From the NCBI GenBank assembly GCA_965116905.1, contig OZ220732.1, positions 2,848,001 to 2,912,000 of the forward strand: 64,000 nt of DNA, in the 5' to 3' direction. Of this stretch, positions 45,738 to 56,185 are shown piece by piece; position 1 is the first letter of the stretch, and each line of letters begins with the position of its first letter. The notes beneath the pieces were generated by a model, which was not told the origin of the DNA, did no database searches, and saw nothing but the letters and a program-made list of their open reading frames with translations. The DNA comes from Longimicrobiales bacterium. GTDB taxonomy: Bacteria; Gemmatimonadota; Gemmatimonadetes; Longimicrobiales; Gaopeijiaceae. The position numbers and the translations under genes were made by a program.

Positions 45738-46622
45738 ATGTCGATCTTTGTTGACGAGAGCAACCGGGTCGTGGTGCAGGGGATCACCGGCCGGGACGGC
45801 TCCTTTCACACCCGCCAGATGATGGCGTACGGAACGCGCGTTGTCGCCGGAGTGACCCCGGGCAAGGGGGGACGCGACTTCCAGGGACCGGGCGGCACCG
45901 CGGTTCCGGTCTACGACACCGTCGCAGAGGCCGTGGCCGAGACAGGGGCCGACGCATCCGTGGTCTACGTGCCGCCCGCGTTCGCGGCCAGCGCGATCAT
46001 GGAGGCCGCCGACGCGGGCGTCGGATTCATCGTGTGCGTCACCGAGGGCATACCCGTCCTCGACATGACGCGGGCCCACGCGCTGGCGCGGGATAGGGGA
46101 AGCCGCGTGCTGGGTCCCAACTGTCCCGGCATCATCAGTCCCGGAAAGACGACCCTGGGGATCATTCCCGGGAAAATGGTCATCCCCGGACCCGTGGGAC
46201 TCATCTCGCGCTCGGGAACGCTCACCTACGAGGCGGTGTACCACCTGACCCGCGGCGGGCTCGGGCAGACGACGTGCGTGGGCATCGGGGGGGATCCCCT
46301 GATCGGGACGAGTTTCGTCGATTGCCTCGCGGCATTCGCCGAGGATCCGGACACCGAGGCCGTCGTGATGATCGGGGAGATCGGCGGGACCGCCGAACAG
46401 GAGGCCGCCGAATGGGTCAGCGCCAACCTGGACGTCCCGGTCGTCGGCTTCATCGCGGGCCGGACCGCGCCTCCGGGCAAGCGCATGGGCCATGCCGGAG
46501 CGATCATCAGCGGGTCGGCGGGGACCGCGGCCGAGAAGACGCGGGCCTTCGAGGAGAACGGGATCCGGGTCGCTGAACGTCCTGTGGAGATCGCCGGGCT
46601 CGTGGCGGAGTCCCTGCGGTAA
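45738..46622 (+). CDS. sucD: Succinyl-CoA synthetase alpha subunit
   Basis: [32 protein letters not shown] (phospho-His). Confidence 0.98.
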   Translation: MSIFVDESNRVVVQGITGRDGSFHTRQMMAYGTRVVAGVTPGKGGRDFQGPGGTAVPVYDTVAEAVAETGADASVVYVPPAFAASAIMEAADAGVGFIVCVTEGIPVLDMTRAHALARDRGSRVLGPNCPGIISPGKTTLGIIPGKMVIPGPVGLISRSGTLTYEAVYHLTRGGLGQTTCVGIGGDPLIGTSFVDCLAAFAEDPDTEAVVMIGEIGGTAEQEAAEWVSANLDVPVVGFIAGRTAPPGKRMGHAGAIISGSAGTAAEKTRAFEENGIRVAERPVEIAGLVAESLR

Positions 46623-46627
46623 CGGTC

Positions 46628-47503
46628 GTGGACATCCGCTCACTGCGGTTCGGCGAACTCCTCTGCGAGCCCCCGATCGTGCGCGGCTCCGGCGAGGACG
46701 TGTGGGGCTCGCTGTGCCGCGGTGTGGACGATCTGTCCCCGGAACATCCCTTGCGGGAAGTTCGCCGGCGCGTGGAGCGCGGGCGCAGCCATCCCGAACC
46801 GATGTCCCTTGCCTCCAACGTGGATGTGCTCAACCTGGGGCGGGGCGGGGAGGCGCCCGGCATCGTGCTGTGGCTTTCGGAACGAACCGGCGGAATGGAC
46901 AAGCCGCCCTTTGCGAGGGCCGCCTGGGTGCTGTGGGGCCTGCCGAGGCCTTCGTTGAACCTGTTCCTGCTCCCCATCCTGCGCGGCCTCACCGATGCCA
47001 TCGCGGCGGCCGAAAAAGTTGAAGATATACATGATGTACTCATGTCCAATTCGTTTACCGGCAGGGAATTGGAAATCGACGTCCGCGTGGAGAAGGTGGT
47101 CACGCCGCTCACCTACCGGATCTATCCGGACACGCCGCTACGCGAGGTTCAGCATCTTCTCGCGCGCCGTGACCTTGCCGCGGTGCCCGTGGTCGGCGCG
47201 AATCTCGAGATCCTCGGGCTGATCACGGTGAGCGACATTCTTCCCCACATGCTGCCGGGCGCGGAGACGCTGGGCACGAAGGGGGGACGGCCAGTTGCCG
47301 CGCGGGACGTGATGACGCGGTCGGTGCTCTGCGTCTCCGAGGACGAACCCCTGGCGGAGGCGGGCCGTTCCATGATCGCCCGGGGGGTGTCCAGGCTCCC
47401 GGTTGTGCGCGACGCCGAACTCGTCGGCTTTCTGGAACGGGAAACGGTGATGCGCGCATTTGCGAACACCATTCTTCCGCCGAGGCGTTCACGCCCGGGT
47501 TGA
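46628..47503 (+). CDS. CBS-domain protein (C-terminal CBS pair; N-terminal domain unassigned)
   Basis: Two CBS repeats (AVPVV..LGLITVSDIL; RDVMTR..SRLPVV..LVGFL). Confidence 0.8.
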   Translation: MDIRSLRFGELLCEPPIVRGSGEDVWGSLCRGVDDLSPEHPLREVRRRVERGRSHPEPMSLASNVDVLNLGRGGEAPGIVLWLSERTGGMDKPPFARAAWVLWGLPRPSLNLFLLPILRGLTDAIAAAEKVEDIHDVLMSNSFTGRELEIDVRVEKVVTPLTYRIYPDTPLREVQHLLARRDLAAVPVVGANLEILGLITVSDILPHMLPGAETLGTKGGRPVAARDVMTRSVLCVSEDEPLAEAGRSMIARGVSRLPVVRDAELVGFLERETVMRAFANTILPPRRSRPG

Positions 47504-47575
47504 CGCCCGGCGCCGTTCCTGATTCCGTTTACTGCCGTCCTTTTCGAATCGACCTGTCAGCACGTTGAAGACTCA

Positions 47576-47992
47576 ATGAATCAGACTCTGGCCATTATCA
47601 AGCCCGATGCGACCGCCAGCGGCAACGCGGGCAAGATCATCGCCCATCTCGAAACTGCGGGCTTCCAGATCAGGGCTCTGCGCATGGTGACCCTGACCGG
47701 GGCCCAGGCCCGCGCCTTCTACGAAGTCCACCGCGAACGCCCGTTCTATGAATCGCTGGTCGGCTTCATGACCTCCGGCCCCTGCATCCCCATGGTGCTG
47801 GAGGCGGAATCGGCGATCTCACGGTACCGGGACGCGATCGGAGCCACGGATCCGGCCGAAGCCGCCCCCGGCACGGTGCGCCGGCTCTACGCCGAGTCGA
47901 AGGAGAGAAACGCGGTGCACGGCTCGGATTCGGCGGAAAACGCCCGGCGGGAAATCGCGTTCTTCTTCTCCGAATCGGAACGGATCGCGTAG
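47576..47992 (+). CDS. ndk: Nucleoside-diphosphate kinase
   Basis: IIKPD, FYEVH, MTSGP, GATDP, NAVHGSDS. Confidence 0.98.
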   Translation: MNQTLAIIKPDATASGNAGKIIAHLETAGFQIRALRMVTLTGAQARAFYEVHRERPFYESLVGFMTSGPCIPMVLEAESAISRYRDAIGATDPAEAAPGTVRRLYAESKERNAVHGSDSAENARREIAFFFSESERIA

Positions 47993-48027
47993 GAGATTTG
48001 CCAGGTCCGGTTCGACCCGCATTGTCA

Positions 48028-48057
48028 TTGACACCGCATCTGCTTTTGTCATATCTT
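48028..48057 (+). promoter_or_regulatory. sigma70 promoter for the yceD-rpmF-plsX-fab operon
   Basis: TTGACA (48028-33), 18-nt spacer, TATCTT (48052-57). The yceD ATG follows only 8 nt later. Confidence 0.6.
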
Positions 48058-48065
48058 TTAAGTCT

Positions 48066-48578
48066 ATGTTGCAGATCGATTTGTCACGCCTGCGGCTTAG
48101 TCGCGAGACCACCGTACAGGCGGCCATCGCACCCGATGCGGAGATTTGGAGGGGCTCGGAGCTGAGGTTCTCGAGCGCTGTTGAAGTCTCTGGCGCCGTC
48201 AGGCTGGCGGCGCGGGGCGAGGTCGTCGTACGAGGGAGCTGGAAGGCCCCGGTCGAGTACGACTGCGGCCGTTGCCTGGCGTCCCTGCCGGTCACCTTCG
48301 AGCGGCCGCTGAGCCTGTTGTACGTGCCCGGCGGCGGGTGGGAGGCCACGGACCCGGATGTGCGAACGATCGGGCATAGCGACACGACGCTGGACCTGGA
48401 GGAGGCGATTCGGGAAGAAGTGGTGCTGGAAGTCCCGCGGTATTTTGTTCCGGCGGAAACCGACGGTCGCTGTGATCGTTGCGGCCACGCGGTGGAGGGG
48501 CTCGGACGGGTGCCGGAACGATCGCAGGACCAACCGGATCCCAGGTGGTCCGCCTTGAAAGCCCTGCAAACCGACTAG
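48066..48578 (+). CDS. yceD: YceD/DUF177 family protein
   Basis: CGRCL, LDLEEAIRE, CDRCG, DPRWSALK; directly upstream of rpmF. Confidence 0.9.
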   Translation: MLQIDLSRLRLSRETTVQAAIAPDAEIWRGSELRFSSAVEVSGAVRLAARGEVVVRGSWKAPVEYDCGRCLASLPVTFERPLSLLYVPGGGWEATDPDVRTIGHSDTTLDLEEAIREEVVLEVPRYFVPAETDGRCDRCGHAVEGLGRVPERSQDQPDPRWSALKALQTD

Positions 48579-48590
48579 GAAGATTGCCCA

Positions 48591-48773
48591 ATGGCCGTAC
48601 CGAAGAAGCGAGTGTCCAAGCAGCGGAAACGGAAGCGCCGCACACACTACAAGGCCGAGGAAGCGACGCTGGCCACCTGTTCCCGGACGGGTGATCCACA
48701 GTTGCGGCACCGCGTCTGCCCCACGTCGGGGATGTACCGGAACAAGCTCGTCTACGAGGTGGACCCCGAGTAG
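48591..48773 (+). CDS. rpmF: 50S ribosomal protein L32
   Basis: MAVPKKRVSKQRKRKRRTH...HRVCPTSGMY. Confidence 0.97.
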   Translation: MAVPKKRVSKQRKRKRRTHYKAEEATLATCSRTGDPQLRHRVCPTSGMYRNKLVYEVDPE

Positions 48774-48809
48774 CCCTCCGGTCCTTCGTGTTTCCCTGAG
48801 TCAACTCCG

Positions 48810-49775
48810 ATGCGGATCGTCCTCGACGCGATGGGGACCGACAACGCCCCCATAACCGAGGTAAGCGGAGCCCTGTTGGCTCTTGAGGCAGATCCCGATC
48901 TCCATGTGATCCTCACCGGGGACCGGGAGCTGTTGGCCCCGCAGGTGGAGAAATCGGCCGCGGGCGACCGGATTCGTGTCGTTCACGCGCCCCAGCGTGT
49001 GGACGGCTCCGAACCACCGGTGTCGGCGGTCCGCCGCAGCCCGAGATCTTCCATCCGGGTCGGCCTCGACATGCAGCGGGCCGGCCAGGCGAACGCGTTC
49101 GTCTCGGCGGGGTCCACGGGCGCGGTGATGGCCGCGTCCCTCCTCACCCTCGGACGCCTGGGGGGCGTGGACCGGCCGGCGCTCGGAACGATCTTCCCGA
49201 CCAGCAGAGGACCCACCCTGGTGGCCGACGCGGGTGCCAACCTCGACTGCAAGTCCCAGCACCTGGTGCAGTTCGCGCGTCTGGGGACGATCTACATGCA
49301 GGATATCCAGGGCGTGCGCGAACCGAGGGTAGGCCTCCTGAATGTCGGGTCCGAGGCCGCGAAGGGGACCGAGGTGCTGCAGGAGGCCTATCGATCCCTC
49401 ACCGCGAGCGATCTCAACTTCGTTGGGAACATCGAGGGCCGTGACATCGTGCATCACGCGTGCGACGTCCTGGTCTGCGACGGCCTCGTCGGCAACATCA
49501 TGCTGAAGTTCTACGAATCGCTCGCCCAGTTCCTGGCCCGCGAAATCGGCACCCGCCTGAACGCGGTGGGTCTTGACCGGGAGCTTGAAGACGCGTTTCG
49601 TGGTTTCGACTACGCCGAGTACGGGGGCGCGCCCCTGCTCGGCGTCAACGGCGTGAGCGTGATCTGTCACGGCGGATCGTCGCCCAAGGCGATCAGCGCG
49701 GGGATAGGGGTTGCGGCGCGCAGTGTGCGCAGCGGCATGGTTGCCCATATTGCTCGCGATCCGGCATTCAGATAA
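48810..49775 (+). CDS. plsX: Phosphate acyltransferase PlsX
   Basis: LDAMGTD, VSAGSTGA, DRPAL, DAGAN, LLNVGSE, GNIEG, YGGAPLLG, HG. Confidence 0.96.
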   Translation: MRIVLDAMGTDNAPITEVSGALLALEADPDLHVILTGDRELLAPQVEKSAAGDRIRVVHAPQRVDGSEPPVSAVRRSPRSSIRVGLDMQRAGQANAFVSAGSTGAVMAASLLTLGRLGGVDRPALGTIFPTSRGPTLVADAGANLDCKSQHLVQFARLGTIYMQDIQGVREPRVGLLNVGSEAAKGTEVLQEAYRSLTASDLNFVGNIEGRDIVHHACDVLVCDGLVGNIMLKFYESLAQFLAREIGTRLNAVGLDRELEDAFRGFDYAEYGGAPLLGVNGVSVICHGGSSPKAISAGIGVAARSVRSGMVAHIARDPAFR

Positions 49776-49787
49776 GGACGGCGTTTC

Positions 49788-50783
49788 ATGAACAGCCCAG
49801 CACCGGTGGCACGGATATCGGCGACGGCGCGCTATCTGCCTGAACGGGTCATGACGAATGCCGACCTTGAAGCGCTCGTGGACACCAGCGACACCTGGAT
49901 ACGGGAGCGCACCGGCATTCGCGAGAGGCGGATCGCTGCGGACGACGTCTCGACGGCGGACATGGGGGCGCGGGCCGCGTGCGGCGCCCTGCAAAAGGCG
50001 GGGCTGTCGGCCTCGGACATCGACATGCTCGTGGTCACGACGGCTACCCCCGATCACCTGCTTCCGTCGACGGCCTGCGAGATCCAGGCGCGCATCGGGG
50101 CCTCGCGCAGCTGTGTCGCCTTCGACCTTCAGGCCGCCTGTACCGGCTTCCTGTATGCCGTGTCGGTGGCCGAGGGCTGTGTGGCGGCGGGACGCGGCCA
50201 GAACATCCTGGTGGTGTCGACGGAGAAGATGTCGACGATCGTCGACTGGGAGGACCGGGCGACCTGCATCCTCTTCGGCGACGGCGCCGGCGCCGCCGTG
50301 GTGCAGCCATCGGTGAACGGCGAAGGGATCCTGTCGAGTTTCCACCGCTCGGACGGAGATCTCGTGCCCCTCCTGCAGCGTCGCGCGGGCGGCGCCGTAA
50401 GGCCTCTCGACGAGGAGTCGCTGCGTGAGAAGGAGCACATGCTCCACATGTCCGGCCGCGAAGTCTTCAAGTCGGCGGTGAGGTCCATGGCCCACGCGGG
50501 TGGGCGGGTCATGGAGGAAGCCGGCCTGACGGCGTCCGACATCGATCTGATGGTGCCGCATCAGGCCAACTCCCGGATCATCGAGGCGACCGCCCGTCAT
50601 GCCGGGATCAGCATGGACAAGGTCTTCGTGAACCTCGATCGATACGGCAACATCTCCTCGGCGACGATCCCCGTCGGGCTTGACGAGGCTGCCGAGCAGG
50701 GCCGGATCGGGCCGGGATCGAACATCCTCATGACGGCGTTCGGCGCTGGCCTCACGTGGGGCGCCATGCTCATGCGCTGGTAG
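49788..50783 (+). CDS. fabH: 3-oxoacyl-ACP synthase III
   Basis: TGIRERR, AACTGF, LFGDGAGA, PHQAN, YGNISSA, FGAGLTWG. Confidence 0.97.
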   Translation: MNSPAPVARISATARYLPERVMTNADLEALVDTSDTWIRERTGIRERRIAADDVSTADMGARAACGALQKAGLSASDIDMLVVTTATPDHLLPSTACEIQARIGASRSCVAFDLQAACTGFLYAVSVAEGCVAAGRGQNILVVSTEKMSTIVDWEDRATCILFGDGAGAAVVQPSVNGEGILSSFHRSDGDLVPLLQRRAGGAVRPLDEESLREKEHMLHMSGREVFKSAVRSMAHAGGRVMEEAGLTASDIDLMVPHQANSRIIEATARHAGISMDKVFVNLDRYGNISSATIPVGLDEAAEQGRIGPGSNILMTAFGAGLTWGAMLMRW

Positions 50784-50827
50784 CGTCCGACGAATCGGTG
50801 GTGCGGCCAGGTGGGGGAGATGCGGGC

Positions 50828-51757
50828 ATGAGGGCAGGCCTGCTGTTTCCGGGACAGGGATCTCAGCACGTCGGGATGGGACAGGCCCTCGCACGGCAGT
50901 ACCCGGAGGCAAGGGAGACCTTCGAGGAGGCGGACGACATTCTGGGCCTTTCTCTCTCACATGTGGCGTGGGAAGGCCCGCTCGACGTCCTCACCTCGAC
51001 GGAAAACGCGCAGCCGGCGCTCTACGTGCACGGCCTGGCGACATACCGGGTCGTTCGCGAGCGGATCGGTGCGGTCGGCGCGGCTGCCGGACACTCCCTC
51101 GGCGAGTTGACCGCGCACGCGGCGGCGGGCACCTACACCTTCGCCGACGGCCTGCGTCTGGTCAGGCTCCGGGGGGAGCTGATGGCCGGAGCCGGAGAGG
51201 AGGCGCCGGGAACGATGGCGGCCGTGATCGGGCTGTCCGCGGACACGGTTGCCGCGCTGTGCCGGGAGGCGGCGGACGGCGGCATGACGGTGGTGCCGGC
51301 CAATCTCAACACCGCCAGCCAGATCGTCGTCAGCGGTGATCTCGCAGGCGTCGGATGGCTGTGTGCCGCGGCGAAGGAGCGGGGAGCCAGACGGGCAGTC
51401 CCCCTCACGGTGTCGGCGGCCTTTCATTCGCCCCTCATGCGGCCGGCCGCCGAGGAGTTCCGGGTATGCCTCGACGGCATGCCGCTCCGGTCGCCGTGCT
51501 TTCCGGTCGTCTCCAACGTCACCGCCGAGGCCGAGGGGGACGCGGACGGGATCCGCCGGCTGCTCGTGCGACAACTCACCTCGCCGGTCCGGTGGATCGA
51601 ATGCGTCGCACGGATGCGCGAGGAGGGCGTGACCCGGTTTCTCGAACTGGGTCCGGGAACGGTGCTGACGGGATTGAACAAGAGGAACGCAAGGGGGGTG
51701 CCGGCGAACGCGATCGGGGATCCGGCATCCATCGATTCCATGGAGGAGTGGAAATGA
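50828..51757 (+). CDS. fabD: Malonyl-CoA:ACP transacylase
   Basis: FPGQGSQ, QPAL, GHSLGE, SAAFHS, QLTSPVRW, ELGPG. Confidence 0.97.
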   Translation: MRAGLLFPGQGSQHVGMGQALARQYPEARETFEEADDILGLSLSHVAWEGPLDVLTSTENAQPALYVHGLATYRVVRERIGAVGAAAGHSLGELTAHAAAGTYTFADGLRLVRLRGELMAGAGEEAPGTMAAVIGLSADTVAALCREAADGGMTVVPANLNTASQIVVSGDLAGVGWLCAAAKERGARRAVPLTVSAAFHSPLMRPAAEEFRVCLDGMPLRSPCFPVVSNVTAEAEGDADGIRRLLVRQLTSPVRWIECVARMREEGVTRFLELGPGTVLTGLNKRNARGVPANAIGDPASIDSMEEWK

Positions 51758-52500
51758 CTGGGTCCAGGGAACTTGCCGGGTCCGTGGCGATCGTAACCGG
51801 GGGATCCAGGGGGATCGGCCTGGGGGTCTCGCAGGCGCTCGCGAGCGCGGGGGCCGCCGTGGCCGTGGTCGCCAGGGACGAGGCCCGGGCCGGCGATGCG
51901 GTCGCGGCGCTGGAGGGTGACGGCCACGCGGCCTACTCCTGCGACGTTGCCGACGGGAAGGCCTGCAGGAAGGTGATCGCCCGCGTGGAGTCGGCGCAGG
52001 GACCCGTCTCGGTGCTGGTCAACAACGCGGGGGTCACGCGCGACAACATCCTGCTCCGCATGCGCGACGAGGAATGGTCCCGGGTGATCGACACGAACCT
52101 CCGCGGCGCCTTCAACATGATCCGTGCCGCGACCCGCGGGATGATGAAGCGGCGCAGCGGGTCCATCGTCAACATCAGCTCCGTCATCGGACTGATGGGC
52201 AACCCCGGGCAGGCCAACTACGCCGCGTCCAAGGCGGGGCTGCACGGACTGACCAAATCGGTGGCGAAGGAACTGGCTTCGCGCAACGTGCGTTGCAACG
52301 CAGTCGCTCCCGGATTCATCCGGACGGACATGACCGCCGGTCTGGCCGAGGGACAGGTCGCGGAACTGAAGAACCGCATTCCCGCAGGAAGGCTCGGGGA
52401 GCCGCAGGATGTGGCTGGCGTCGTCCGGTTCCTTGCAGGACCGGAGGCGGGTTACATTACGGGTCAGATCATCGCCGTGGATGGCGGGATGGCGATGTAG
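51754..52500 (+). CDS. fabG: 3-oxoacyl-ACP reductase
   Basis: [38 protein letters not shown]. Confidence 0.96.
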   Translation: MTGSRELAGSVAIVTGGSRGIGLGVSQALASAGAAVAVVARDEARAGDAVAALEGDGHAAYSCDVADGKACRKVIARVESAQGPVSVLVNNAGVTRDNILLRMRDEEWSRVIDTNLRGAFNMIRAATRGMMKRRSGSIVNISSVIGLMGNPGQANYAASKAGLHGLTKSVAKELASRNVRCNAVAPGFIRTDMTAGLAEGQVAELKNRIPAGRLGEPQDVAGVVRFLAGPEAGYITGQIIAVDGGMAM

Positions 52501-52591
52501 TTGCTCGCGAATCGATGCAGTTGCCGGCGAGTCGCCGGCGCGTTCGAGCCGAACCAGGTGCGCCACCGGAAACAACGTACGGAGAAAAAGC

Positions 52592-52831
52592 ATGTCCGAC
52601 ACAACCGAAGCCAGGGTGAAGGAGATCATCGTCGACGAGCTCGGAGTCGAGGCCGACAAGGTCACGTTGGAAGCGTCGTTTGTGGATGACCTTGGCGCGG
52701 ACTCCCTCGACACCGTCGAATTGGTGATGGCGTTCGAAGAGGAATTCGGCATCGACATCCCGGACGAGGATGCGGAACAGATGCGGACGGTCGGAGACGC
52801 CGTATCCTATATCCAGGGAAACGCCGGCTGA
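52592..52831 (+). CDS. acpP: Acyl carrier protein
   Basis: [20 protein letters not shown] phosphopantetheine motif; SD GGAG upstream. Confidence 0.98.
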   Translation: MSDTTEARVKEIIVDELGVEADKVTLEASFVDDLGADSLDTVELVMAFEEEFGIDIPDEDAEQMRTVGDAVSYIQGNAG

Positions 52832-52852
52832 CCGGTAGCGAGTCGCAGGACC

Positions 52853-54115
52853 ATGGCTGATCGCCGCAGCGAGCGCCGGGTCGCCGTCACCGGGATGGGA
52901 GCGGTGAGCGCGGTCGGCCATGATGTCGCGTCCACCTGGGACGCGCTGCTCGACGGCACGCCCGGGGGCGGCACGATCACCGCGTTCGACCCCGAGGGCT
53001 TCGCCACCCGGATTGCCTGTGAGGTGAAGGACTTCGATCCGGGGCGCTATCTGTCGCGGAAGGAAGTCCGGCGCTACGACCGGTTTTGCCATTTCGCGCT
53101 TGCCTCGGCCGTGCAGGCGATGGCGTCCGGAGGCCTCGAGGGCCCGCCGGCCGGTTGCGATCCGACGGATTTCGGCGTGATCATGGCCAGCGGCGTCGGC
53201 GGCATCGCCACCCTCGAAGCCAACTGCCGCATTCTGAATGACCGGGGACCCGGGCGCGTCAGCCCGTTCTTCATCCCGATGTTCATCCCGGACATCGCCG
53301 CGGGGTTGATGTCGATCCGCTACGGGCTCCAGGGCCCCAACTACGCGACCGTCTCGGCCTGCGCCTCCGGCTCGCACGCGATCGGCGACGCGATGCGGTA
53401 CATCCAGCGCGGCGAGGCGAAGCTCATGCTTGCCGGAGGGGCGGAGGCCGCGGTAACGCCGATCACGATCGCGGGGTTCTCATCGATGAAGGCGATGTCG
53501 CGCCGGAACGACGACCCCGAGGGGGCCAGCCGGCCGTTCGATGCGGGACGCGACGGCTTCGTAATCGGCGAGGGGGCGGCGTGCGTGCTGCTCGAGGAAA
53601 TGGAGCACGCCCGGGCCCGGGGCGCCGAGATCCTCGGCGAGGTCGTCGGTTACGGCGCCACCGGAGACGCCCACCACATCACTGCGCCCCCACCCGACGC
53701 GCACGGCGCGCAGTCGGCAATGCGGCTGGCCCTGGAAGACGCGGGACTGAGCGCCGGGGACGTCACCTACATCAATGCGCACGGCACTTCGACGCCGCAG
53801 AACGACACGGCGGAGACGGCCGCGGTCAAGGCCGTGCTGGGCGAGCACGCGTACGACGTGGTCGTGGGGTCGACCAAGTCCATGACCGGGCACCTTCTCG
53901 GAGCCGCCGGGGCCATGGAGACCGTCATCTGCGTGATGGCCTGCCGGACCGGAAGGATCCCGCCGACCATCAACTTCTCCGAGCGTGACGACACCTGCGA
54001 CCTCGATTACGCGCATGACGGCATGGTCGAGCGGCCGGTGACGTTTGCCCTGAACAACTCCTTCGGGTTTGGCGGACACAACGTTTGCCTGGCGATCGGG
54101 AGATACGAGGGGTAG
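52853..54115 (+). CDS. fabF: 3-oxoacyl-ACP synthase II
   Basis: SACASG, SRPFD, GEGA, INAHGTST, STKSMTGHLLGA, NSFGFGG. Confidence 0.97.
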   Translation: MADRRSERRVAVTGMGAVSAVGHDVASTWDALLDGTPGGGTITAFDPEGFATRIACEVKDFDPGRYLSRKEVRRYDRFCHFALASAVQAMASGGLEGPPAGCDPTDFGVIMASGVGGIATLEANCRILNDRGPGRVSPFFIPMFIPDIAAGLMSIRYGLQGPNYATVSACASGSHAIGDAMRYIQRGEAKLMLAGGAEAAVTPITIAGFSSMKAMSRRNDDPEGASRPFDAGRDGFVIGEGAACVLLEEMEHARARGAEILGEVVGYGATGDAHHITAPPPDAHGAQSAMRLALEDAGLSAGDVTYINAHGTSTPQNDTAETAAVKAVLGEHAYDVVVGSTKSMTGHLLGAAGAMETVICVMACRTGRIPPTINFSERDDTCDLDYAHDGMVERPVTFALNNSFGFGGHNVCLAIGRYEG

Positions 54116-54122
54116 GAAGTCC

Positions 54123-54620
54123 GTGACAGAAGTCCGCGTCGGGATCGGGTACGACTCACACCGCTTCGATCCGGCCCGTCCGCTGATCCTGGCCGGAGTG
54201 CACTTTCCGGACCATCCAGGCCTCGCGGGCTTCTCGGACGCCGATGCCGTTGCCCACGCGGTGATCGATGCGGTGCTGGGGGCGGTCGCCCTCGGCGATG
54301 TCGGCACGCATTTTCCACCGGGCGACGACGCCTGGCGGGACGCGGACTCCATGGACCTGCTGGCGCGGGCGATGGCGATCCTGAGCGCGGAGTCGTGGAG
54401 GGTCAGGAACGTGGACGTGACGGTCGTCTGCGAGAGCCCGCGGATCGGTCCGCGTGTCGATGAAATGCGCGCCAGCCTCGCGGCGTGCCTGGGGATTCCG
54501 GTCGCCGGGGTGTCGGTCAAGGGGAAGTCGAACGAGGGCATGGGCTGGATCGGCAGACGCGAAGGGATCGCGGTCCAGGCCGTGGCCGCCGTGGCGCCCG
54601 CCCCCGATCCGGGGGGCTAG
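54123..54620 (+). CDS. ispF: 2-C-methyl-D-erythritol 2,4-cyclodiphosphate synthase
   Basis: GIGYDSH, SDADAVAHAVIDA, GDVGTHFP, NVDVT, SVKGKSNEG. Confidence 0.96.
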   Translation: MTEVRVGIGYDSHRFDPARPLILAGVHFPDHPGLAGFSDADAVAHAVIDAVLGAVALGDVGTHFPPGDDAWRDADSMDLLARAMAILSAESWRVRNVDVTVVCESPRIGPRVDEMRASLAACLGIPVAGVSVKGKSNEGMGWIGRREGIAVQAVAAVAPAPDPGG

Positions 54621-54627
54621 CCGCAGG

Positions 54628-55269
54628 GTGGAGCGCGCCCTTTCCTTCCTGACCGAGCTGCCGCCGGCGCTGGCGTACGCGCTGCTCGCGGCCGGTGCGG
54701 CGATAGAGAACATCCTGCCGGTGGTTCCGGCCGACACGTTCATCGTCGCGGGCGGCCTGATCGCGGGATTGGGGACCGTACACCCGGTCGCCATGTTCGG
54801 TGTGGTGTGGGGCGGCAACGTGGGCGGCGCGATCGCCGTCTATGGCGTCGGATGGCGGTACGGGCCCTCGTTTCTACGCACGCGGCCCGGGCGCAGGCTC
54901 GCCGACGAGCACCGGATGGAGAGATTGCAGGCCTTCTACAGGCGCTGGGGAGTGGTGGCCATCTTTCTCGCGCGCTTCCTGCCGGGCTTCCGCGCGGTGG
55001 TCCCGGTGTTCGCCGGCGTGACACGGCTGAGGCCGGCCCGGGCGATTCCGCCGATGGTCGTGGCTTCCGCGATCTGGTACGGCGCGCTTCTGCGCATCGG
55101 CTACCTTGGCGGAGACAACATCGAGGCGGTCGCCGCGACGCTCGAGCAGGCCAATCGCGGCCTCCTGATCGCGTCCTCGGCGCTCGCGGTCCTGATCGCC
55201 GGACTGTGGTGGCGATCCCGTCTCAGGGCGAGGCGGGACCAGGGCGGCGTGGACGGCGATGGGGGCTGA
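54628..55269 (+). CDS. DedA family membrane protein
   Basis: ENILPVVPAD, YGVG, ARFLPGFR, hydrophobic helices. Confidence 0.9.
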   Translation: MERALSFLTELPPALAYALLAAGAAIENILPVVPADTFIVAGGLIAGLGTVHPVAMFGVVWGGNVGGAIAVYGVGWRYGPSFLRTRPGRRLADEHRMERLQAFYRRWGVVAIFLARFLPGFRAVVPVFAGVTRLRPARAIPPMVVASAIWYGALLRIGYLGGDNIEAVAATLEQANRGLLIASSALAVLIAGLWWRSRLRARRDQGGVDGDGG

Positions 55270-56185
55270 GACCACGGCGGGCGCGCTTGAGCGCAGGTAC
55301 TACGTCGAACCTTTCCTGGACTACCTGGCGCTCGAACGGGGACTGAGACCGGGAACGCTGGCCGCGTATCGTACCGATATCCGCCGCTTCGCGTCGTACC
55401 TTGCGGATCGGGGTGTCTCCGAACCCGGGACGATCGATCACCGGATCCTGCACGAATACCAGTCGAGGTTGAGAAGCGACGGCCTCGCCCCGACGACGAT
55501 TCGCAGGGCCCAGTCGGCGTTGCGCGCATACTTCGGCTTCCTGGCCGCCGAGGGGATCGTGCCGGACGACCCGACCGACCGGATGGATCGTCCCGCCGCT
55601 GCCAGGAGGCTTCCCGAATTCCTGACCCAGGACGAGGCGGCCCGCGTGGTCGAGGCCGTCGATCCGGACTCTCCCGCCCACTGGCGGGATCGCGCCGTGC
55701 TGGAGCTTCTCTATGCCACCGGGATGCGCGTCAGCGAGCTCACGGGGCTGTCGCTCGGCGATGTCGATCTGGAGACGGGGAGCTGCATCGTCTTCGGGAA
55801 GGGCGGAAAGGAGCGACTCGTGCCCGTCGGCGCGGTCGCGCTTGACGTCGTGCAGCGCTACCTCGCCTCCGTTCGTCCGGCCTTCGACCGCGGTCGGGCT
55901 CAGGGAGCCTTCTTCCTCAACCAGCGCGGGGGCCGGCTGAGCCGCATGTCGATCTGGACCATCGTGAAGCAGGCTGCCGCGAGAGCGGGCATCGACCGCG
56001 CCATTTCACCGCACACGCTGCGGCACTCGTGCGCGACGCATCTCCTCGAGGGGGGCGCCGACCTGGCCGCGGTTCAGGAGCTGCTCGGCCACGCCGACAT
56101 CTCCACAACCCAGATCTACACGCACCTGGACAGGGAGTACCTGCGGGCAACCCACCGCCGATACCACCCGCGGAGTCAGGGCTGA
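55259..56185 (+). CDS. xerD: Tyrosine recombinase XerD
   Basis: [63 protein letters not shown]. Confidence 0.93.
   Translation: MGAETTAGALERRYYVEPFLDYLALERGLRPGTLAAYRTDIRRFASYLADRGVSEPGTIDHRILHEYQSRLRSDGLAPTTIRRAQSALRAYFGFLAAEGIVPDDPTDRMDRPAAARRLPEFLTQDEAARVVEAVDPDSPAHWRDRAVLELLYATGMRVSELTGLSLGDVDLETGSCIVFGKGGKERLVPVGAVALDVVQRYLASVRPAFDRGRAQGAFFLNQRGGRLSRMSIWTIVKQAAARAGIDRAISPHTLRHSCATHLLEGGADLAAVQELLGHADISTTQIYTHLDREYLRATHRRYHPRSQG

Noticed and set aside
42027..46643. 1538-aa minus-strand ORF
   Set aside because: Only the last ~385 aa (from 43184) are MnmA. The rest is antisense to sucCD and off-frame over iscS, an artifact of high GC.
47028..47037. TACATGATGT shared (reverse complement) with the smc AT-rich element at 30949-30958
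   Set aside because: Only 10 nt, and the ACATCATG core arises from ordinary codons elsewhere in the window, so it is probably coincidence.
55259..56185. Tyrosine recombinase as a phage or island integrase
   Set aside because: Typical chromosomal XerD length and motifs, housekeeping neighbours, and no att repeats or cargo genes.
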